Source of the DNA: Selaginella moellendorffii
Taxonomy: Eukaryota; Plantae; Lycopodiophyta
Assembly (NCBI RefSeq): GCF_000143415.4
Contig: NW_003314303.1
Coordinates: 97,579 to 161,578, forward strand
Direction: 5' to 3'
Length of the DNA: 64,000 nt
Below the pieces are notes generated by a model. The model made no database searches. It saw nothing but the letters and a program-made list of their open reading frames with translations, and had not been told where the DNA came from. Position 1 is the first letter of the stretch; each line of letters begins with the position of its first letter. Of the stretch, positions 37,587 to 49,739 are shown piece after piece. A program made the position numbers and the translations under genes.

Positions 37587-38709
37587 TCAGATTCACAGCA
37601 TCGTTTTGCAACACTTTCTTTGCTATTTGTTTCGTTCTTCTTTATTTTCGTTTTTTTCTTTTTCTTGAGAAAATAAACAGTATTTGGTTCGTTTCAAGCT
37701 CGTTTGAATTCCAGCCATGTCAGTTGTGCAGCTTTGGGACACAGATCCAAGTTGAAAAAGAAGGAAAAATAAGTTTTATTTTCCATTGCTTGTTTCTCAT
37801 TCTTCCTATTTTGTGGCCTAGACAATGAAGGAAGAATCTGTGCTGGAGGGGAGTCATTCAATTTGAGGGGCGAACTATTCGGGCACAGGTACTTAAATGA
37901 GATCGATTTTGGAATTCCTCAGAGCTTACAACAATGCAGGATCTCTCCCACCAGATTTCCCCTCCTGCTTGCTTTTGTTGTTTTGTTGGGGAGGATTTAA
38001 CCGCCCGCTCAACAGCTTATACATTTGACTTCACAGAGAGGAGCTCCTTTTCTTTCCTGTGATCCTCGATTTAAACAGTTTTCTAGCAGAGATTGTCGTT
38101 TCCTCCATAATCAATTAGTACAAGCAAAGCAAAGCCAAGCAAAGCAAAGCCAAGCAAAGCTTGTTTATCATTTCTCAACATTCCAGCAGCCATATATATA
38201 TATATATTTCAAGCAAGGTAGCTGATAGTGAGAGCGGGGGGGATGTTCAGAAGTGTTGCAAGTGACTCAGATTGTAAGAGAGCGAGGATCAGAAGAGGTT
38301 GATAGATAGATGCTGTTTATGGTTACTAAAGTGCCCTTTTGGGGCATGGGGTTAGAAGATTGGAAATTACATTACTGGAAATAATAATAGGAAATTCTTG
38401 GCTCCAGCAAGCAAATGGTAAAAAAGAATGAGAAAGAGGAGTGTTGCAAGGCAAGAGATTGTATAAAAAAAGCAAAAGCCTGGAACACACCTGTAGAAGT
38501 AGAAATGAAGGGTGGAAAAAGAGATGGGGGAGGAGGAGGCAAACTGCCCACAGCCCATACCCCATGTCAGAAGTGCAGGGACATTCTTTTCAGGGCTTGT
38601 CCATTGGAGGAACAAACCCTGGAAAACCATAGCTATTTGAATTTGATTTCTTTAAGCTTTCAAACTATTAGGGCACACTCTGTTCTAGGTTTAGGGCTCT
38701 TGGACAGGA

Positions 38710-41700
38710 ATGGGCGAGGCGGAGGAGACGCAGCCGGAGCCGCGGCGCTGGGCTCCGCCGCCTATTCCGATCTGCGCAGGGGCGGATCGCAGCAGCTTGC
38801 TGCTGGAGTGGCGGAAATACGTCGATTTCGCTGATGGATTCGAGTACTGCTTGGAGCTGGGGTTGAAGAGGGCGCTGAGGAGCGATCTGCACGGGCGGAG
38901 GCCCGGGAAGAAGAATGCGGGCACGGGAAGAGATCTCGGGGCGCCCGAGCTGATCGAGTTTGCCGTGGCCTGGTCGGAGCATTTCCCGCAGGGGATTTTC
39001 ACCTCATCCGCGGCTGGGTATGCGGTGAATTTCGACTGTCTTGAGTGGAAGACGATCTATCGTGGCTCGGAGAACTCAAGCAAGGTATTCGAGCTTGTTT
39101 TTTTCTTCTTCTTCACGCGGTTGCTGGTGTGATATATGTGCATTTTGTTTTTCTTGGTTGGATTCCACGAAGAACAGGTTGAGGATTTGATACCCGGGAT
39201 GGGATACGTTTTCCGGCTTTGCGTCATGCTTCCGGATTCATGTTCGAACGAAGCACCACCACCTCTTTCCTCGGACCAAATCATGTTTTTTACAATCCCA
39301 TGCGCGCCATGTCCTCCGGAGTGCCCGCTACTCGTGGATCGTGGAAGAACTTCGCTTAAGGTTTGTTTCTTCTCGTTTTTTCGTTTTGTAAGCTGCATGA
39401 TTTTACTTTTTTTCTCTCTCTATAGTTGAAGTGGTCGCCACCCTCGATTACCGGGGGAATGGCGATACGTGAATACATCGCTGAGATGAAGCGTCCAGGC
39501 GGCGATTTTGAGAACGTCTACAGTGGTGGCACAAATCTCACGGTTAAAGTGACTCGGCTTGTCCCGGGAACCAGCTATATCTTTCGTGTGCAGGTAGACA
39601 TTTTCTATTTGTCTACGTTCTCATTTTCTCGTTTTCCTCACTCCAGGCTTTGAGCTGCCTAGGCTGGAGTGGCCTCAGTAAAGAAGTGACATATGTCACA
39701 GCTTCGTCTGTTCCTGCTGCACCCACGCCTCCTAGTCTCTTGAGCTCGTCTCGAAACTCCATATCCCTTTGCTGGGAGGTATTGCCAGTATTAGACTTTT
39801 CTGAGCTTCGTTCTGTCACTTCGAAATACAGGAACCAGACAATCATGGCTCACCAGTATCCTCTTATACTCTTGAGGCTGACGATGGTAAACGGCAACTT
39901 TCATACATATGTATATGATATTTTATGATGCAGGACTCGACGGGCCGTTTTCCGTTGTTTACAGTGGCGAGGAACGAAGGTTTGACATTTTTTCAGGATG
40001 ATTTGCCATTTATTAATACTTTTATCTCTCAGGTGTGAAGTTGGTAACCTGAGGAGTGGAACCAGCTATAAGTTCAGAGTTCTTGCTCACAATGGCATTG
40101 GGAAAGGTGCATTTAGCGCGTCTGCGAGGTTTTCAACATCGCACTCACCTCCATCTGCGCCTCGGTCACTTAGCATTCTTGGCAAGACATCAACCTCTGG
40201 AGTCGTCGGCTGGAGTCCACCTGATTACAACGGTGGAAGCTCTATAACCGGGTTTGTCATACACAGTACCTTGCTAATAAAACAAATCTCATGCGGTTTC
40301 ATTCAGGTATGAACTGGAGTTCAAGCTGAAGGCGCCTGGCAGCTGCTGGACTCAAGCATATAGCGGTCAATCGAGCACGTGCAATCTCATTGGTCTTCGT
40401 CCTGGTACGCATAAGATGGCATTTGTAATCGACAAGCTGAGTCGTTCGTGCAGGATGTCAATATCATGTGCACGTAAGAGCAAAGAATAACGAGGGATGT
40501 GGAGATTTTTCTCAAGAAGGTATTCAGGTTCTCTTATGAAGTAATAACGCCGTTCTTAGCTCGTTTGTGTATGCAGCTTCGTTTATGACTTCTCCTGGCC
40601 TGTCAGAAGCTCCCTTGTCTCTGGTGTTTTCAGAAATACGAAGTACATCGCTGAAAGTTTCCTGGGACCGTCCCAACCACGACGGTGGCTCAGCTATTCT
40701 CGGATATCGTTTAGAGGTAATGTTACACTTCTATCAACAGATTTTAATTTTTCGTCTTAGATGCTAATTGCAGAAACAAGCGACTCTTTGTGTGTATATC
40801 GAGGGGATGAGCTTTCTGTTGGCGTAGACAAGCTTATTCCCGGGCAGAAATACATTTTTAAAGTACAGGCTTTGAACAAAGCTGGTTCTAGCGCTTGGAG
40901 CGGTATGGTAGTTGTCTGCAGCTGGCTTTGACTGATTTTTTGTTGTGTAGGCCCGAGTGAAGTTTGGACAAAAGCAGCTGTTCCGGATGCCCCTGAAACT
41001 CCAACTATTGTCAATGTATCATCTACCACCGTTTCTCTACGGTAACTGAGATTCTCGCTTTAAACGAGTTCTATGACACACAAGTGACGTTGCAGGTGGA
41101 TCTCGCCAAAGCCAAACGGTAGTTGCATACTATCTTACCGTCTTCAAATGGCCAATCTAGGATATGATGCAACAAACCGGCAGAATGAGATGTTTCGTTT
41201 TTATTCATCTGGAACTGATCGTTACATTGCTGGGGAGGAAAATGTGAGGTACAGATAATCTCGTAAGATTGTTTTCGCTTATACAAGTTTAGACGCAGGA
41301 AACACAGACTGAAGATAATGACAAGGAACGTCACGCTGTTCAATCTGTGTACGATGGTCCTGCTCTTGCGTATACAGTGAAGAACCTTGAACCATGGACT
41401 TCATATGCTTTCTGCTTGCAGGTTGTGTGCCGTCTCGATTCTTTACATTCATATCTCGTGGCTTGCCAGGCCTTGAATTCGGTTGGAGAAAGCTTTTGCA
41501 GCAAGATCATCCTCTCTAAGACATCTCCGTCTTGTCCTTCGCCACCGTCGCTTGTCATTACTGAAACATCAACCGATACTGTGTCGCTACAATGGGAGGT
41601 ATCAAATTGTTGCTAATGAAGATTTATCGGGCTCATTAGTTTAACGATTTTTGCAGCTTCCACAGCGAGATAATGGTGCTAGCGTGATTTCTTTTGGCCT

Positions 41701-42964
41701 TCACATGAAAAAAAAACCCGAAGCCTTCAAGAACAATCCAAGACATAACAAAACGCATATAGAGGACACTACGGACGAGTGGACTGAAGTATACAAAGGG
41801 GCATTGCTCAAGTAAGCAATTATTTTATGTTTTACTTCATCTAAAAAGCTTGCTGCAGTTACGCGTTACCGTCGCTACTGCCTGGGCATTCATACATGTT
41901 CCGGCTCGTAGCCTACAATGTGTATGGCCCTTCTCGACCAAGCTTTGTGACTGCCTCCACACTTGCAGCGTGTCCTCTTCCTCCATCCCCGCCAACATTT
42001 TCTGGAATATCACCAACAAGTGTCCGTGTCAGGTGGTCTGCCCCTACTTGCGACAATGGAGCACCGATCTTGAGGTTGGTGTTGTTGATCTTTCAAAGAC
42101 CTTACTTTTTATTCGACCTTTCTGTAGATACAGGCTTCTCATGGATCATTCTAAGTCTGGTCATATGCATAAGGTTTGATCGTCTTTTTTTCTTTCTCTT
42201 AACTGTCTACATGTATTGATTGCAAATCTATCTTTTCAAGGTGTACGAGGGGGATTCGACGTCTTACAAAGTTGTAAAGCTCGTACCTGGGAGATCTTAT
42301 CAGGTGGCTGTCCAGGTAAAAAGACCCATATTCTCGGTTTTTGCTCAACAGCTTTGTCTAGGCTATCAACTCTGCCGGTGCGAGCCATCTGAGCGACTTG
42401 TCTTCGGTTACTCTCCCAGCTCAGATCGTTCTTCCCGCACTGGACGCGCCACAGCTGGCTCGTTCCAATGATTTCCTTTCCGTATCGTGGACGCATCTGG
42501 ATCAGCGAGAGGTCGTCTCTTACACACTCCAGATGGAGTCAGCGCCTGGCAAGTTACTCCAAGTTTACGAGGGCTCCACTCCAAGGTACGTCCATTAATG
42601 TTCTCGGGACAAGGAAGTAGACTGCACACTTAATTGTTTTTTTTTTAATTTTTTCTACTGTAGGTTCATGCTTGATATCAACAACAGTAATAAGAGCTGC
42701 AAGTTTCGAGTGCGAGCCAACGGGGGTGGTCTGGAAGTTTGCTCCGGCCCCTGGAGCCCATTCTCGACATGGACTCCTCCACCCGAGTCCAAACAAAAAC
42801 CAAAGGATGTGAAGCGATCCAGCTCGATCACGACAATGTATTTCATACGAGGTATGCATCAAAGACTCGCAGATCCATGGAGTGTCAAGCAGCGAAGGAT
42901 GATTGCGCTAATCGGGACTTTGCTTACACTAACTCTGGCCTTGTTCGCGAACACTCGCGATTGA
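38710..42964 (+). CDS. Protein with ~9 fibronectin type III repeats and a C-terminal transmembrane anchor
   Basis: Repeated units of the form W..P..GG..I..Y.L....YxG......L.PG..Y.FRV.A.N..G across many short exons, and a hydrophobic tail MIALIGTLLTLTLALFA just before the stop. Confidence 0.85.
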
Positions 42965-44416
42965 TTCTCAGGTACGTAGCCTTGGACAAGTCAAACAGGG
43001 GAGGAAAAATCTAACCTTTCAAAGCCACTGTCTCGCAGGAGTTTCGGTCAAGTTTGGTTGGCCTCGCCTCCACATGGTGTGTTTCTAAGATCAAGAAGGT
43101 CACGCGTACGTAACTCCATGCATGCGTACGGAGGCCGCCAAAGCCTTTGCGAATTGATTGCAGTGACGCGGAATCGCCGACCAGAGACCTGCCACGTAGC
43201 ACTCGCTCGCTCGCCCATTCCGCCGCGGAAAACGTCACCGCCCAGCCAACCACCACGCTCTCGACTTTCCACATCGGAATGTGGCCCCGGTGCGCATTCA
43301 ATGAAGCCTCACATCTATCTATACCGGAAGTACAGTTGGGTGGTGGTTCCCGGTTCAAATCCGATATATTCCCAAGCCATACCCGCCACGTCAGCGTGAC
43401 ACGTCGCCAACGTCAGCAAAGCGCGTTCTTCTAAAAGACGAGACCCTCCCTCTTTTTTTTTTCAAGTTTTACCACAAGGAAGGTTCTGTTTTGAGTCTTT
43501 GGATTCGTTTCCTCCAAGAAAAAAAAGAGAGAAGATACGAATGGAAGATCACGTAGGTTGTGATCAATCAAGGTCTTAAGACACTAACAATTACCATTTT
43601 TTACTTTTTTCCTGTTTAGACTGAGAAGAGCGAAGCTTCTGTGTGTAGATTTTGACCAGCCGCGGCTTTTCCAAGTGAATCGCTATCGCATTGATTGCAC
43701 GAGTGAGGAAAAAATTACCACCGCCTTGAACAAGTGAAAACCAGCCCCATCGAAAGATCAAAATCAATCAAGGTAACCCAAGTTGGTGCAACCAAAAAAA
43801 AAAATGCCGGCTATTAGGGCAAATGCACCCAAGACACGTGGCGCAATATGGACTGAGACGTAGTTACTGCCAGATGCCAGTCATATATTCCGCATATTCC
43901 ACTGTGCCCGGTCGCTTTTATTTTTTTACTTTTTTCCGACAGCAGCAGCGCGACCGGATCGTTTTCCACCTACCAGATTCCGCCGGTTGCGGTGTACGGA
44001 CACGAGGGGAGCTAGCGTACGGTAGCCGCCGTCAACGGTGTGGATCTCCGGTTCTATTCACACGGTCTCAAATCCAGCTAAAAAATCTTCCTTGGGCAGA
44101 AAAATACTTGCCTCTTCCTATTACACAATCTCTTCTAGACCATCGCCCACCGATCCCCAGGTGAGCGCTACAGGTTCTCGAGCGGTCAGAGAATCGCAAA
44201 TTCCAGGTCTGTCTATCCAAATGCGATAGCGCGCGATGATCTCACGAGCGAATCCCCGAGGATAAAGATATATAATTCGATTCGAGGCCGAGAGAGCTCG
44301 ATGCGAGCGGAGAGGAAGATCCTTGAGAGGGGACGAGAGAATTCACGCCTGTGAATGATTCCAGGAGCTCGGATTCCTCCTGTGCTGCTTCGTCTCTCCA
44401 TCTCCAATCGCTGTCA

Positions 44417-45568
44417 ATGGCAACCTGGGAGCCAAAGTTACCTTCTTCCTTCCACGAGACGTCTCTCTGGTCGCTCAAATCCAGTGCCGCTAGCGCTACC
44501 ACCGCCGCTGATCACAACCACCACCACTTCTCTTGGTCTCCTCTAGGTTCCAGCGATTCGCCTACCACCGCCACGATGGCCGACAAATCGCTTCTTAGCG
44601 CTCTCAACAAAGCTTCGCCTCCATCGCGTCAATTCGCCACCAGCGGTGACAAGCTCGATCAGCCCACAGATTTTCAGCACGACGGAGACGCTGGAGCTCA
44701 CGGCTATGGCAGTGCCACCACGAATTCCTCCACGGCGCCAAACCGGGGCAGCGCCACCATCGCCAACAAGCTCCTCGGTGGGGCGGGAGCTCTAGGAACA
44801 GGATCCGGGAAGGTAACAAAGAAGCGAGCTCGCGCGTCGCGGAAGCCTCCCACCACCGTCCTCGAGGCGGACAGCTCCAACTTCCGGGCGATGGTGCAGC
44901 AGCTCACTGGGATCCCGTCGGTTCCGTTCCTCTCCTCGTCGATGCACCAGCGAAACGGCCTCGAGTTCCTGGATCTCGGCAGGCCCCCGACGGCCACACG
45001 CTCGATCCTGGGCTTCGCAGGTCCACACCACCAGGCGTTGCAGGGACTTCCACCGCTCGACCCCTCGGCTTTGCTCCCAGCTTTCGGCTCGAGAGCTCAC
45101 TCCGAGGCCACGGCCGCCGGGTTTGGATCGTCGTCGCCATACTTCAAGTACATGTCCGCCGCGGTGGCCGCCAGCGCTGCTCCTCACGAGCACTCGAGGC
45201 AGCAGCAAGCTCCTCCCAGTATGGGGGACTTTCTGAGAACACCGCTGGACGAGCTCGGCCTGGACCAGAATGCGAGCTCGCCACTGCTGAGCTCGCTGGA
45301 TCAGCAGCAGCAACACGAGCAGCAGCGTGTAAATCTTCCCAGGAAATTGGAGAGCTCGGAGCTCTCGTCCATGCCTTCGTTGTGGGAAGGAGGTGGCGAT
45401 AGCTCGAGTCGAGAGTTGCAGGCGACGAATTGCAAGACCGAGGATGGTGGTCTGGAGCATGGAACTGATGATACCGGCGACCAGGAGGGATCCAACAGTA
45501 GGATGGTTCACATTGTGGATTCGTGGTTGTCCCATGCAGATCAAACCACGGATCACAAGCAGCACTGA
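44417..45568 (+). CDS. VQ-motif protein, intronless
   Basis: KKRARASRKPPTTVLEADSSNFRAMVQQLTG contains the FxxxVQxLTG motif. First ATG at 44417. Confidence 0.92.
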   Translation: MATWEPKLPSSFHETSLWSLKSSAASATTAADHNHHHFSWSPLGSSDSPTTATMADKSLLSALNKASPPSRQFATSGDKLDQPTDFQHDGDAGAHGYGSATTNSSTAPNRGSATIANKLLGGAGALGTGSGKVTKKRARASRKPPTTVLEADSSNFRAMVQQLTGIPSVPFLSSSMHQRNGLEFLDLGRPPTATRSILGFAGPHHQALQGLPPLDPSALLPAFGSRAHSEATAAGFGSSSPYFKYMSAAVAASAAPHEHSRQQQAPPSMGDFLRTPLDELGLDQNASSPLLSSLDQQQQHEQQRVNLPRKLESSELSSMPSLWEGGGDSSSRELQATNCKTEDGGLEHGTDDTGDQEGSNSRMVHIVDSWLSHADQTTDHKQH

Positions 45569-46692
45569 GGAGAGTCTACACACTGATATACATCGCTAAT
45601 AATTTTCGCGGAGCTGTAGAGACACGCACGTTTTTAACTTTAGAAGTTCCAGAGGTTGGGCTGCTTTCACAGATGCGAGCTTCTCAGCATAACGTTTTAC
45701 TACAGTAGAGAACAAGGAATTAAAAATATACACCTTTCATGCCTCACTTTCGGGAAGCCCAGAAGAATTACGAAAGAAAAAAAGCGATGAGGAAAATCTC
45801 GAAGAAGAGACTAGCAGCCACCCTGACCATGGAAATCAGAAAAAAGTGTATAAAGGCGAATGGAAAGAGAGGGCTCTCGTCCTCGCAAGCCGGGAGATGG
45901 AAAGCAAAATTCCAAGGCACCTGAGAAAAGCTCGATGACATGATAAGAAAACTAGAGAGCAGCTTTGCAATGTCTTGTTCGCACCATATGTTTGGAGAAA
46001 ACGTGAGCAACTGCCATATCTTATGCTTCGTGTGTGATGCTTGGAACAAGATCACTAGAAAAGATGCTAGTCCTGAGCCTGACTTAGTTTCATCATAGAA
46101 ACTTCTGGATCGTCAAGTCCTCGCAGGCATCATGTAAGAACGCATTTCAGATTTAATGTTCTTTAAGCCAGAGGAGATACAAGCTAACAGACGTCCTCTT
46201 CAAGTGGATCCCACGAAGCGGCAAATCCCTTGAGGCGCTTCCCCATGAGCTCGAGCACGCTGCCCCATGAGCTCGAGCACGCTGCCATAACCAGTGTAAT
46301 CCATCTCCACGCACTCTTTGCCCACATCCATGATAAACCTTCGCTGCTGAGAGGGACTTGAGAAAAACGGGCAGATCCTTGGCCAAGGGCTGAAGATGCA
46401 ATCCTGCCACATTATCGTGGCTGGGGCAAGTTGCTGCTGGTCTGGGGATAAGGCATGTACTTTCTGCCTCGACAAGCTCTTCTAGTGGCACCAAGCAGCT
46501 CTGGAGTGTGGAAATGAGTCTGATGTTATTATGTTATTGTGCTATCAGTGCTCAACATGGGGATATGAAGGATGAGGAGATAATGATCAGATGCACACAT
46601 ATGGCTGCTAGAAAAAGTTGAAAGTTCCTGTTGGTTAGCACTTTCAGCATTTGAAAAGTTTAAAGCAAATATAAAGTAACATTATAATGCTC

Positions 46693-49380
46693 ATTGAGTG
46701 CATGGAATACGGAAAGAGAATACAAAAAATGTTTATCCCAAAAACCCTAATTTATATATAAGAACGAGTGGTTCAAATTGAAATTAATCCAACGGCTACT
46801 AAAATCCCATTAATCTTAGTATATGGTATTGTAGCCATACATTTGGACCTCATATCATCCCCTCTTCTCGGAATGGGCTGAAGTCTGGAGGAATGTCAAA
46901 AGGAGGTATTGGCAAATCTGTAAGTGGTATTAACTATTCATAATCCCTTTGTACAAAGTGTTTCAACCATTACATATGCATAATTTTTAGAGGATCAGCC
47001 TGCTAGACGTCATGCCAAACCTCATAAACTTGTGGTCCAACTTGCCACAACACTTGATACAGTTTTTTCTACTGAGCAAGGAGCCCCTTAGATAAACCAT
47101 GTACTGTAAGATGGGGAAAATGAATTAACGCCAAGTCATCCACTTTGTACTTCGCAAGTGGATGATGATGGGAGTTATAGTACCATTGTTGTCTCACTTG
47201 TATGTGGCTTAAGTGTTCAGCAAACTCTACTCGAATAAGTGGAAGAATATTAGTCAAATACTAATTCCACGACCTAGCATCGGTGATCACGAATATAAAC
47301 CCAGCTCCATTGGTAATATTGAATCATGACCATATAAAAGTTTATATGGTGAAACACCAATAGAACTCTGCACCCCTATAACATATGCATACCAAAGAGA
47401 TGGTAAATAACCATTCCAATCCAAATGCTAAAAATTCATACATTTCACAAACATCCCTTTGAACATCCGAACGAGCCGTTTCACCAAACTGTTTGATTGT
47501 GAATAATAAACACTTGTGAAAGTGTGGCGTATCCCCAACTAAGACATCAAAACATAAAATGCCTCAACCATAAATGCGAGACCATTATCCAAAAGAATTC
47601 ACTCTATGCAACAAGAATGCTAGAATACCACTTGATTGAGGAGGAAGTATCCAACAGTAGTTGTAGAGGTGCTAGCAAGAGTACCAACTTCCACCTAACG
47701 AGTCAAGTAGTCAAAAGCAATAATAACATACTCATTGTCAGCAGTTGATTGTTAAAAAGGTTCTATAAGATCAAATACCACCAACTCAAACAGATGGGAA
47801 ATTGCAATTGACTCCAACCATCCTTCCACCGCACGAGGGGGAGTATTACAAGCTTGACACCAAACTGTAACGCATGTGATCATGGGATGAGATTTGGATA
47901 TACTGTCACCATGGATCCTTGGAACCTTGGGGAATAAATGGGGATAAAATAGCCACTAAGGGCTCTCTCATCAAGCAATTGCCCCTTTTCCAATTGGCTT
48001 AAGGGGAGAGAGATAAAGTGCGTTACAGTTGGTATCAGAGAAAATGGCATGGGTTCGATTCCTATTGATTAGTGGCTACTTAAAAGTATAATATACCCTT
48101 GAGCAAGGTGTATTTCTACCCTTAAATTTGAAATCGTACGTATTGGGCATCTATGCGTACATCCTTCCTCTTGTGTGGAGTATCCACGGACGAAGGTATC
48201 CACCGTGGGACTGCGGTACGGGTGGATGACTAGTTGCCTCACATGGAATAGCTGATCTACACATTGGAAGGATTGGTAGATTGAGTGCGGAAATGGAGGT
48301 GCTGGTTCCCCTTGGCTCAATAGGGGTTGTTAGTCAATAGTCAATGAGGACATTGACATCTCTGAAGGGGGGGTGAGTGTAGCGCATGTGATCATGGGAT
48401 GAGATTTGGATATATTATCACCGTGGATCCTTGGAACTTTGGGGGATAAATGGGGATAAAATAGCCACTAAGGGCTCTCTCATCAAGCAATTGCCCCTTT
48501 TCTAGTTGGCTTAAGGGGAAAGAGATAAAGTGTGCTACACAAACACAGTTACATATATATCGGATAACATTGCATCAGATCTCTGGCCAATAAAAAGACT
48601 TGTGCAGCTTCTTGGTCACATGATGATGTCCTATATGCCTACCTAGAATAGGAGAATCATGGTAGGCATGAAGAAACTATGGAATAAAAATTGAAAGCAC
48701 CACCAGCTATAAATGATCATTAGGATCTGTCCCCACAAAATAAAGAAGGCCATCTTCAAGGTGATATTGAGAATGTCAATGCCGGAATGGTAAGTTATCA
48801 GCAAGTGATGTAGGATTTTCAAACCCTTTTCAAAGTCTTCAAGTCCACGGCTCAATTTTTTTAGCCTCATGAACCTCATCAAGAGAAGGTAGGTCTTGCT
48901 TTGCACCTTGTGAATACTAAACGTGAAGTATAGCAACTGCTGATAGCATAGAATCCTCGTCTAGAAAATCCACAGATGCTAGAACAACAGGCACATTAGA
49001 AACATGAGAAGAGAGTGAAGAAAGAAGAGAAACTCGAAAAAGGGCATTAACATCAACTATAAAACTCCTCGGGAGATGAACAACATCAAAATTATATATC
49101 TAAAGCTTCAAAGCCCACTAAGCAGTACGACCAACCAAGTTCTTCCGCTTCAATAATGAAGTACGGCAACATGATCACCTTTTAGTAACATTCGAGAACC
49201 ATGTAGATATACATGAAGTTTCTCGAAACCCCAAACTGCTATTAAACACTCATTTGTCATGGAGTAGTTCACCTTTGTTGGTAGTAATGTATAGCTGATG
49301 TATGCAATAAAATGGCGATGACCAAGCACACTTGGGCTTTTTTGCATCAACACACCTCCAAGACGAGCATAGACCATACT
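46693..49380 (-). mobile_element. 5'-truncated decayed gypsy element (RNase H-integrase-PPT-3' LTR), same family as 57006-61566
   Basis: Reverse-complement homology to ~59540-61566, RNase H fragment in ORF 49150-49410, PPT GAAGAGGGGATGA next to an LTR at ~46693-46854. Confidence 0.85.
47866..48539 (+). mobile_element. Structurally complete TRIM (non-autonomous LTR element)
   Basis: 162-bp TG..CA LTRs at 47866-48027 and 48378-48539, Met-tRNA PBS TGGTATCAGAG (48030-48040), PPT GAAGGGGGGGTGAG, and a 5-bp TSD CAAAC on both sides. Confidence 0.95.
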
Positions 49381-49739
49381 TGAGCTTAGAAGCGGAAGAG
49401 TTGAGCTCAATTTTCAATTGTAATTTAGTACAAATATTATAAACTTTAAAATTTTAAGGTTATAGCGAACCTAATAATTTCAGAACTCTCTATATATTAT
49501 ATAGATAAAAATGTTCTAAAAGACACTTCTTATTATAATAATTTAAATATTTACTACATGCAATGATAGGGATATTTGTTAGAACATAAAATAAAATGTT
49601 TGCAAAAAGAGTATTCTTGTCAATTCTTTAAATTTGCACTTTGTGCTTTCTGGCTAGTAAATGAAAGGTTTGTCAGAATTTAAAAATTATTAAATTTGAA
49701 TGAAGATTCTATATAAGGCCATATAACCATTTGAAAGGA

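Noticed and set aside
45739-46620. Possible gene fragment with a ~22-bp direct repeat near 46241-46286
   Set aside because: No recognisable family or coherent exon chain.
48030-48065. tRNA gene (TGGTATCAGAG...GGTTCGATTCC)
   Set aside because: It is a retroelement PBS plus a B-box-like motif, and no cloverleaf can be built.
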